A stretch of DNA of 64,000 nucleotides from a virus. Under the pieces are notes generated by a model. The model saw only the letters and a list, made by a program, of their open reading frames with translations, was not told where the DNA came from and did not search any database. The stretch lies in the IMG/VR virus record IMGVR_UViG_3300027985_001623, positions 1 to 64,000 of that record; one strand, written 5' to 3'. Below are positions 45,880 to 53,271 of the stretch, piece by piece; position 1 is the first letter of the stretch, and every line of letters begins with the position of its first letter. A program made the position numbers and the translations under genes.

Positions 45880-47802
45880 TTATCGACTCCTCAGTGGTGA
45901 ACGTGGTGGTGGTGTAGCGGTCACAACGTGGTCACCCTCGACGACTGTGTGGCTGGCTTTGATAACATGATCGCCTTCGACCATAATCGACGTTGGTCTT
46001 ACCTGCCCGCGGTCTCGGCGTTTTTTGGATTTTCCAGCCAGTCCCGCCGTAATATTGTGGTCTTCAGTAAATACTATATTATCGTCAGCTGCGAACTCGG
46101 TAACATCGCTCCAACGCGCTACCACGTAATTGACAAAATCAAGACCGATCTTCATTCCAGCATTATCGGTCCACGTGTACTTTACGTTGGTCACCAAAAA
46201 GTAGTTTTGTAGCTCGTTGATCTGCGAACGAGACGTCGCGACAAGAACCCTGGCAAGCGTGTTGTTACCCAAAGTCTGCGTCAGGACGTCAACCTGTTCC
46301 TCAAACGACGTTCGGTGGTGGTCAGTGAGAGTAGAAACGAGCGGCGCGCCAGACCGAACCGCGCGTGTGTCGACGAGCAACTCAACGCCATCTCCGGGAG
46401 CTAGCGTCAGCAAATCCGGATCAGTCATGTCTCCGCCGAAACTGGCCAGATTCGAGGTTTCGATCGTACCCCCCATTTCCGCGCGACCGACTTGATTGAA
46501 GATCGATTTAGCGATTTCCACCAGACGCTCAGGGTTCGTAATCCCAGGCACGCGGACATTAACGATCTCCTCCATTGGTGGGGCTTTGCCAGGCGCGTAC
46601 TTGGTCGACTTTGGCGGATCCACGCGTGGGGGCCACAAACCGTAAACCATCGTCCCCCCGACCTCCCCAGAATCTGGGTCATGGCAGAATGTTCGGATCA
46701 CCTTCGGCTTTGCCCAACCCCCGAACTTTCGATGATACGCCATCGAAAGAACATCACGACCGTAAACGAGCCGTCGAAATCGAAGAGCTGGGCTAATCAG
46801 CGTATTCGATACGGAATCAATTAAACGCTCTCGACCATCTGCAAAAGGCGTCGGGTTAGTAATCGGATCCACGGGGCCACGAAGCTTATCGTAAACCGTA
46901 GAGCCGGACCGAATAATCAAGTGCCCTACGCCATTAAAATAAGGAACGCCCCCAACGAGATAGCAGAACCGGACAATTAGGTCCCAAAAGCTCATGCTGC
47001 TCCCTAGCACGTTAGATGGCGGAGAAGGTCGCCCGCCTCTACGTTTTCCCTTTGCGCCTCTGCGATGTCGAGGAACGTCTTGTAAGCCTGCGGGGGCCGG
47101 AATAACGCCACCTGGCCAATCGTTACGATTTGAGTAGACCGTGAACGCCTCGAAGAAAGGGTTAAACGCCAATATGTCCGCGACAACTTGATCGATGGGC
47201 TTCGACAAATCTAAGCTGTCCAGGAGCGTGCGATCCGCCCCAGGCAAAACGTTGATCGGTGTGTCCAGAAGTACGCCACGCATATCACGGCCCGTGAGCT
47301 CGACAGTGGACCCTGAATCGCCGTGAAGAACCTCCCAGTCATCCACCACCCCGAGCATTCGCATAGTGTTGGTGTTTGGGCTCCCTGAATCAGTCAGCGT
47401 CCTTAGGATTGACAGCCGCGCACCATTCACCTCAACGCCGCGCATCCCTCGTGCGAAATCTCCAGGGGCAACAACTCCCGTGTGCAATTCAACAGACGCT
47501 GCGGCTACCGTACGCGGGTCAATTGGCAACTCCCGAAAGTCAAACGTGGCCTTCCACTTCCCAGCTTGGCGGTATCCAGGAAATTCAATCTGTGCCGATT
47601 TTGGAACGCGCTGGAGAACCGAAGAAAGCTGGGCGTCGCCCGTGCGCAAAATCAAGGGCTGAGAAACCTTGACGGCGCCTGTCTTGGAAGGGTTTTCCAG
47701 CCCGTCCTCCGTGCTTACCGGCTTACCGTCAGTCGTTATCGTCAAGTTCTCGTCAAACTTGATCCGAAAATTAACGACCACTGACGGAATAAACGTGCTC
47801 AT
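45880..47802 (-). CDS. baseplate hub (gp27/gp44-like)
   Basis: GVVDDW...VELTGRD...LLD; synteny. Confidence 0.75.
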   Translation of the reverse strand: MSTFIPSVVVNFRIKFDENLTITTDGKPVSTEDGLENPSKTGAVKVSQPLILRTGDAQLSSVLQRVPKSAQIEFPGYRQAGKWKATFDFRELPIDPRTVAAASVELHTGVVAPGDFARGMRGVEVNGARLSILRTLTDSGSPNTNTMRMLGVVDDWEVLHGDSGSTVELTGRDMRGVLLDTPINVLPGADRTLLDSLDLSKPIDQVVADILAFNPFFEAFTVYSNRNDWPGGVIPAPAGLQDVPRHRRGAKGKRRGGRPSPPSNVLGSSMSFWDLIVRFCYLVGGVPYFNGVGHLIIRSGSTVYDKLRGPVDPITNPTPFADGRERLIDSVSNTLISPALRFRRLVYGRDVLSMAYHRKFGGWAKPKVIRTFCHDPDSGEVGGTMVYGLWPPRVDPPKSTKYAPGKAPPMEEIVNVRVPGITNPERLVEIAKSIFNQVGRAEMGGTIETSNLASFGGDMTDPDLLTLAPGDGVELLVDTRAVRSGAPLVSTLTDHHRTSFEEQVDVLTQTLGNNTLARVLVATSRSQINELQNYFLVTNVKYTWTDNAGMKIGLDFVNYVVARWSDVTEFAADDNIVFTEDHNITAGLAGKSKKRRDRGQVRPTSIMVEGDHVIKASHTVVEGDHVVTATPPPRSPLRSR

Positions 47803-48911
47803 TCAAAGCCAACCTTTCCAATACCTTGCCCAGGATTAGGCTTCGGAATAAGGACAATCTGCCCCGCAGTAAGCTCCGCGGAAGACAGATTGTTGAAAAG
47901 CATAATTCGTTGCCACTCGTAAGGCGTATTGTAGTACTTTTTCGAAACGTCGCGTAAATCTTCGCCGGCGCGCGCGGCATAGGTAGCAAGAATATCACCG
48001 TCCACTTGAGTCGAAAGCTGCTGCGCGTTCTCGTTAGCTTGACTCTTCATGAACTTGGCCCACGCTTTCATTTCCTGCCGATACCGCTCGGCTTCAAGCT
48101 TTTCTTCAGGCGACTGCGACCCAACCGGGTTGGTCCCGTTCATAGTGCTTGAGACCGTGCTGTCTAAATACGCAGCCATCAAGTCGGCTTCCGCGCTAAT
48201 GCTCCCGAGTATAGAGATCAACCCTTTAACCGCGCGAACGGGAGCAAGAATGCTACGCACTGCCGACGCAATCTGATCCTCTAAATTGTAAATTAAATTT
48301 TGAATGCCGTTCACAAAACCAACGAGCTGGTTCGTGAACGACGTCAATAGGCCAAAGTTTATTGGTAGTCGAATACTATCGAGCAAATCAAAAGCGGAAA
48401 ACATCGATCCACCGACATCGCCCATCGACGTAAACGTATTAAACGTTGCAGCACCAATAGGCTCATCGCGGGCCACCCATGTGAAATCCATGGACCAGCC
48501 AACGTCATTATAGTTATCCCAACTCTTCTCAAAATCTTCGAGAAACCCGATACGCACCGTTGTCAGCCAAGATACCCGGAGCAAGGATCCAACCCGGCAA
48601 ATGTCATCGAAAATTTCGACAGCCTCAGAAGCTAAAAGAATCGGCCTATTATCAACCTGAAACGGGGGCGTATCCCCACTAAACGCCGTATTCAAGTACT
48701 TGGTCTTCCACATGCCCCGCAGCACGGTCGGGACTTCTTTTGAACCAAGCAACGTAGCAGTCCCTTGGGGAGAGCCCGGCAGCCAGGTGACCTCCATCCG
48801 CTGCTTGGTGCGCAACGTAAATGGTCGGTACGGCAAGGCGCGCCCGACAAGCGTTATTTCCCGTTTGTTGCCGGTCAATTCTTTGATGATGAACGGGCCT
48901 GCGGTTGGCAT
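47799..48911 (-). CDS. tail tube initiator with C-terminal LysM-like domain
   Basis: GEDLRDVSKKYY...W.RI...NNL...L..GQ...IP. Confidence 0.78.
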   Translation of the reverse strand: MPTAGPFIIKELTGNKREITLVGRALPYRPFTLRTKQRMEVTWLPGSPQGTATLLGSKEVPTVLRGMWKTKYLNTAFSGDTPPFQVDNRPILLASEAVEIFDDICRVGSLLRVSWLTTVRIGFLEDFEKSWDNYNDVGWSMDFTWVARDEPIGAATFNTFTSMGDVGGSMFSAFDLLDSIRLPINFGLLTSFTNQLVGFVNGIQNLIYNLEDQIASAVRSILAPVRAVKGLISILGSISAEADLMAAYLDSTVSSTMNGTNPVGSQSPEEKLEAERYRQEMKAWAKFMKSQANENAQQLSTQVDGDILATYAARAGEDLRDVSKKYYNTPYEWQRIMLFNNLSSAELTAGQIVLIPKPNPGQGIGKVGFE

Positions 48912-48914
48912 AGC

Positions 48915-51053
48915 TTAGCGCACTCCAAAAATAGGGCTAAACCCAGATTCAAGTCGCTGCTCGCCGAGCTTGCCTAGGTCATTAGCAAACGCGACAGCGA
49001 TTTGATCAGGGTTCATCCCCTCCTCGAATTTCTGTGTGATATCAAATCGGCTATACCGAAAATCCATCACCGCCCGGCCGCCCCCGCCGCGAGCTTTGGG
49101 AACGGTCAAACTTCCTGCGTCCGTGGCAGGAACGTTTATGGCGGGTGCGTCAATCCGAGCCATCAATTTTTCGAGCCACGAAGGCCCGTCTGACGAACTC
49201 GTTTGGAGTCCAGAAAAGGCGGACTGCATCGAAATGCCCCCGCTCTTCTCAGTCTTGTCGGCAACGACCTTGAGAATGCTTCCGAGCCAAGCAATAAAAT
49301 CAGAAATGACGTTAATAAGCGCCGTGAAAATATTGCTCGCCACATTAAAGACAGGCAAGAGCATTTTCAAAAAGACTTCGTAGAGCTTATATGCTGTTAC
49401 GGCCAAGATTCGAATAACCGGATTCAAAAACTCGCCGATAGCTCGAAACAAGTTGCCCGCAGCTTTCCAAATCTGGTTCAGCGCCGGCCGCAACATAACG
49501 AGGAACACGCGAGAAACTTCGATAACGTGCCCGATGAAAATACCCACTGGCTCAGCAACGGCAAAAATCATCGACATGAACCCGCCCAGTGCATTGCCGA
49601 GCACATCCCCGATGAGCGTAGCGACAGTAAATACAGCATTGCCAATCTGAGCCAGCGGTTCAAGCATCGCCCCGCCGTAAGCCGCCATCTGACTCAAGAT
49701 GTCTGAAAAAAGCTGACCATTCGAGACGAGTTCGCCAATGACTACAGCAACGAGTGCGACCGGACCCGTCGCAGCACCAAGTGCTGCTAGCCCTCCCGCA
49801 GCGACGCCTCCGGCTCCGCTTTTATCTGCCATGCTCGCGATACCACTGACAGCCTGGCTTGCTACAGACCCGACAGTGCCAAGAATCTTTTGAACTCCTG
49901 GCATAGCAGCAACCTCTTGAAGTTTAGTGCCAAAGACACCAATAATGTTGATACCCGAACTAACTCCGGAAACAAGCGCTTCCGAAATCATTCGACCAAC
50001 ATTCACAACGCGCGTACCAATCGATTGCAAATGGCCATCCGAATCAAGGAGGCTATCATTAATCGCCCCTAAACTCGTTTTCATCGCGTCAAAAACAGGC
50101 GCAGTCCCGAGCCGCGTCAAGTACTCGATATTGGAGATCAACGCACCTTTCATTGCGTCGTAGCTGGTCTCCGCCCGATCCAGCATCGGTTGGAGCCGAT
50201 CCATTGCCTTGGCCAGCAAATCAGCGCGCTCGGGTGCGGTCATCTCGTTGAACGACCGCGCCGTGATGCCTGCCTGCCCCTCAAGCTTCCGTATGATCGG
50301 CAAAATAGCTTGAAACGACCGCACATTACCGCCGGCTCGGCCCTGATCGGCCTGAAGCATCAAGTTCAAATCGCGACCGGCCTGCGGAGCGTCAACACCG
50401 AGAGTTTTTGTGATCGCGGTGTAGCGGTTGGAAAACGCCGTCATCTTATCGAGCGTTCCACCAACCGCCCCTTGCAGCGCACCAAGCCCTGCACGAAAGA
50501 CCTGAATGTACTCGTCCGCACTACCTGGCAACTTCGCCGCCGCAATGCGAATCTTCTCGATGACCGCCTCAGCATGGACCATCGACTTGTCAAACTCGTT
50601 AACGATGCCCAAGCCAACTAAAAACCCGGCGATCTGAATGTGCGTCTTCTCGAATGAGTTTCCAAGTTCGGAAACCTTCAATGCCGCAAAACCAAGACCA
50701 AGTCCTGCAAGGGCAACACCGACCATGCTCAACGGGGACAAAAGTGTGGACAGTCCCGCCCCGATCGCTGAAATAGCCTCGCCACCCATCGAGGCCAAGC
50801 GCATGAAGGAGGCCCCCACACCATGATTCGCGGCGACGAGGTTCTTCGCAGCCCCAATCGGCTGTCGATACGTTCGCTCAACGACGGACATCGTCACCCG
50901 CTGAGAAGCAGCAAAACGAGCCGACGCTGCGGAAGCAGCCGAAGCGGCCCCACCAGCCGCGTTCATCGTTCTCGTCAAGTGCGCCGCGGCAGCCGACGCT
51001 TTGTCGACAACCGTGAACGTAGTTCGTACTTCGCGCTCGACGTTGGATGCCAT
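48915..51053 (-). CDS. tape measure protein
   Basis: TFTVVDKAS N-terminus, A/G-rich amphipathic helices; after chaperones. Confidence 0.85.
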   Translation of the reverse strand: MASNVEREVRTTFTVVDKASAAAAHLTRTMNAAGGAASAASAASARFAASQRVTMSVVERTYRQPIGAAKNLVAANHGVGASFMRLASMGGEAISAIGAGLSTLLSPLSMVGVALAGLGLGFAALKVSELGNSFEKTHIQIAGFLVGLGIVNEFDKSMVHAEAVIEKIRIAAAKLPGSADEYIQVFRAGLGALQGAVGGTLDKMTAFSNRYTAITKTLGVDAPQAGRDLNLMLQADQGRAGGNVRSFQAILPIIRKLEGQAGITARSFNEMTAPERADLLAKAMDRLQPMLDRAETSYDAMKGALISNIEYLTRLGTAPVFDAMKTSLGAINDSLLDSDGHLQSIGTRVVNVGRMISEALVSGVSSGINIIGVFGTKLQEVAAMPGVQKILGTVGSVASQAVSGIASMADKSGAGGVAAGGLAALGAATGPVALVAVVIGELVSNGQLFSDILSQMAAYGGAMLEPLAQIGNAVFTVATLIGDVLGNALGGFMSMIFAVAEPVGIFIGHVIEVSRVFLVMLRPALNQIWKAAGNLFRAIGEFLNPVIRILAVTAYKLYEVFLKMLLPVFNVASNIFTALINVISDFIAWLGSILKVVADKTEKSGGISMQSAFSGLQTSSSDGPSWLEKLMARIDAPAINVPATDAGSLTVPKARGGGGRAVMDFRYSRFDITQKFEEGMNPDQIAVAFANDLGKLGEQRLESGFSPIFGVR

Positions 51054-51058
51054 GGGAG

Positions 51059-51310
51059 CTAGTCGATGTCCTGTGGGCTAAACTGACGTTTTTCGTCAGC
51101 CATGATCTGTGCGATTTCCTCGGATAAAATCGCGAGTTCCGACATAGTCCGCTCAAGCAGAGACGGAATTTGCTGGTGCGCGTATCTGCCTAGGAAGGCG
51201 AACACCTGAAAGAGGCGTCGCTGGTGAGAAAACTCAGACCGCACCAAAGCCTGAGCAAGCTGGGCCAAGCTAATCGCTACCCGACCTCCGTTCGCTGACT
51301 GGACAAAAAA
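51059..51310 (-). CDS. -1 frame extension of tail assembly chaperone
   Basis: -1 frame open from slippery site to TAG at 51059. Confidence 0.7.
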   Translation of the reverse strand, partial: FFVQSANGGRVAISLAQLAQALVRSEFSHQRRLFQVFAFLGRYAHQQIPSLLERTMSELAILSEEIAQIMADEKRQFSPQDID

Positions 51311-51660
51311 GACTTCGTGTCTCCGTCCTCAACGTTGTGAATTGCCCCGTACGCGGTAATCACCAACTGCCGCACCTTCGCCATACCCGGAGCCATGGAG
51401 GCCCAGAATTTATCGGTAGTGTTGTCCGCAGTTGTCATCCGCTCGTCGTTGATGTAGCGAAGACACGCCTTGGCCAGCTCGTAGCCAAGAGCGATCGGAT
51501 CCCTCCCCGCTCGGGAAGTAGCCATGAGCTCCTCCTTTGAAAGAAGTTCGATGATCCCGATTTTTCGCACCCCACTCAGTTGAGCGAGAGCTTCGGGGAC
51601 CTCGAACCAGTAGATGGGTCGCGTAATTTCGGGAGTTGTGAAGTTGATGTCCGGAGTCAT
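51277..51660 (-). CDS. tail assembly chaperone
   Basis: Between tube and tape measure, with slippery site. Confidence 0.78.
   Translation of the reverse strand: MTPDINFTTPEITRPIYWFEVPEALAQLSGVRKIGIIELLSKEELMATSRAGRDPIALGYELAKACLRYINDERMTTADNTTDKFWASMAPGMAKVRQLVITAYGAIHNVEDGDTKSFLSSQRTEVG
51304..51310 (-). other. programmed -1 frameshift heptamer T TTT TTG
   Basis: XXXYYYZ site near the end of the chaperone gene. Confidence 0.75.
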
Positions 51661-51669
51661 GTGATCACC

Positions 51670-52104
51670 TTAAAGCGGAAGCACCTGAGCGTTGCTTGAC
51701 GCCAAAGAGATCTTGAACGATCCAAAGTCAGAACGCGAGTTAAAGTTGAACGGTAGCGGGCCGAACTCCGCGTTGAGAATGACAATTCGCGCGCGCGCTC
51801 CCGAAGGAAACGACATCGTGCATTTGATGTTGATCTGCGTCCCCGGCTCGCGACGTCGCGCCTTATTGACGATGTCGAGCACCAACTTCAGAACGGCCGG
51901 ACTGTCGAAATGGAACTCGGCCTCACCCTCGATGCCATCAAAAATGGCGTCATACTCCTGCGAAGTCTGACCAAGGTAGCCTTCTTCAAGAATTTTGTTC
52001 TTGAAGGTAAAGCTAAACGACTTCACGTGGTTTAGCGCGTCCTGAGGCTGCCCGTTAACGACACTTAGAATTTCGACCTCTTGTCCCTTAATACGCTGTC
52101 CCAT
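51670..52104 (-). CDS. tail tube protein
   Basis: 144 aa beta-rich protein downstream of sheath. Confidence 0.78.
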   Translation of the reverse strand: MGQRIKGQEVEILSVVNGQPQDALNHVKSFSFTFKNKILEEGYLGQTSQEYDAIFDGIEGEAEFHFDSPAVLKLVLDIVNKARRREPGTQINIKCTMSFPSGARARIVILNAEFGPLPFNFNSRSDFGSFKISLASSNAQVLPL

Positions 52105-52127
52105 GGTGATTCTCGACTTCCTGGTGG

Positions 52128-52295
52128 TCGCGCTCCGGGGGCGATGTCAGCTTTCAAGCGTTTCTGGCAAAGGCAATGGCAGCGCGTACCAGAAAGCGAA
52201 GGTGTAAAAAATAGGGCCCCATTCAGGTTTCAGCTGAATGGGGCCCTATCCTCCGGAAGGAGTGCGACACCGTGACACGCCCCCGAGGCGAGTCC
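52128..52295 (-). ncRNA. structured RNA / attenuator-like leader upstream of tail tube
   Basis: 19-bp outer stem, nested hairpins, internal terminator; promoter immediately upstream. Confidence 0.6.
52206..52249 (-). terminator. intrinsic terminator-like hairpin
   Basis: Perfect 16-bp stem atagggccccattcag/ctgaatggggccctat followed by a T run. Confidence 0.75.
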
Positions 52296-52301
52296 ATCTA
52301 A

Positions 52302-52330
52302 AGACTACCGGCTTGACTCGGGAGCAGCAA
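52302..52330 (-). promoter_or_regulatory. sigma70-type promoter
   Basis: TTGCTG-N17-TAGTCT. Confidence 0.55.
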
Positions 52331-52337
52331 GTAAAAC

Positions 52338-52565
52338 CTATGAATCGCCGAGAACTCTTTTGATTTCAGCCCAAAGTGTCATCCGAATAATGTCGGCGAT
52401 CGCCAACGGAGTTCGACCGGGAGATCCCGCGTTTAAGTGGGCTTGAAGCTGCCGTAGCTTCGTATTGAGCGATTCATCGACACGCACCATGAGCTGGATA
52501 TTCAAACCGCCGGGGGCTTTGCGCGGGGCGCCGCCTTTCGTTCGAGCGTTCTCCGGATTTTGCAT
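52338..52565 (-). CDS. ribbon-helix-helix (Arc/CopG-like) protein
   Basis: QLMVRVDESLNTKL...IADIIRMTL; ATG 6 nt after TATTGT. Confidence 0.7.
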   Translation of the reverse strand: MQNPENARTKGGAPRKAPGGLNIQLMVRVDESLNTKLRQLQAHLNAGSPGRTPLAIADIIRMTLWAEIKRVLGDS

Positions 52566-52619
52566 AGCGCAACAATACAACTATACGAGCCGGGGGTTTG
52601 AAGTTTTTGTCAGAGTGCG

Positions 52620-52760
52620 CGATCCGCGACGCGAAGCGGACAGAGACCCGACGAAAAGCGCGAAGCGCTTTGAGAAGGGTCTCTGTAACTATCGCCTGAA
52701 ATGTACGCTATAAGAGACAAACTTTTGGTTAAAGCTCGATGCAGCCCTGCCGGCCCGCAT
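52620..52760 (-). ncRNA. candidate structured ncRNA
   Basis: Four hairpins including a 10-bp stem 52640-52649/52677-52686; TTGACA-N17-TATCTC upstream. Confidence 0.4.
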
Positions 52761-53038
52761 CTCGCTGAGATATCGTGAAAGTGATCTTTTGTCAACGTAA
52801 AAAATCAGACCTCGATTTAACCCGGCTGGGTATGCGTCTAGGCTGTTTTTTATGAGCGATCAACGCGCTACACAATGATCGCCCCGTACGCAAGCAAACT
52901 GAAAAACCGCTCCGGGATCTAACCTCATTGTCCGGCTAAAAATCTATTTCAGCGTACGTCTTAAAATTTCGAGCTTCTTCAAAAATGGAAGCGTTGCGAA
53001 CGGCGTTTTAGCTCTGTGTATCTCTTCGAATTCTGGAT

Positions 53039-53067
53039 AAAAAGAACCCCCGATAGGCTCGGGGGTC
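53039..53067 (-). terminator. intrinsic terminator
   Basis: gacccccga-gccta-tcgggggtt followed by ctttttat. Confidence 0.7.
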
Positions 53068-53195
53068 AGAGGCCTGCCGGTCGAGGCGAGGGCCGGCACC
53101 AGGTTCGTCGTTATAGCGGTAGAACCCCGCCCCACCCAGAGCGGCATCCGCTGGGATGCGTCGCGTACCGTTACGGCCAGGTGGATTGTCGTTGC
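53039..53195 (-). ncRNA. candidate structured ncRNA or sheath 3' UTR
   Basis: Chain of GC-rich hairpins ending in a terminator. Confidence 0.4.
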
Positions 53196-53271
53196 AAGCA
53201 ACGCATATTGGAAAAGTAGCATAGTGCTTCGGGCAAATCTACTTTTTGTGTATTTACCCGAAATCGAGCGT

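Noticed and set aside
52234-52270. Solitary CRISPR repeat / RNA anti-CRISPR (ccggaaggagtgcgacac; gtcgcactcc)
   Set aside because: Only loose resemblance to remembered type I repeats, single copy, and explained by the larger fold; needs a repeat database search.
52245-52330. SRP RNA (tccggaagga...gagcagc)
   Set aside because: The conserved CAGG...GGAA...AGCAG internal loop is not contiguous.
52640-52686. Hammerhead ribozyme core (ccgacga-stem-gagaa)
   Set aside because: Deviates from CUGANGA/GAAA and lacks a three-way junction.
52944-53222. 92-aa minus-strand ORF in the sheath-tube gap
   Set aside because: Runs through a terminator and hairpin chain, with no RBS or protein-like motif.
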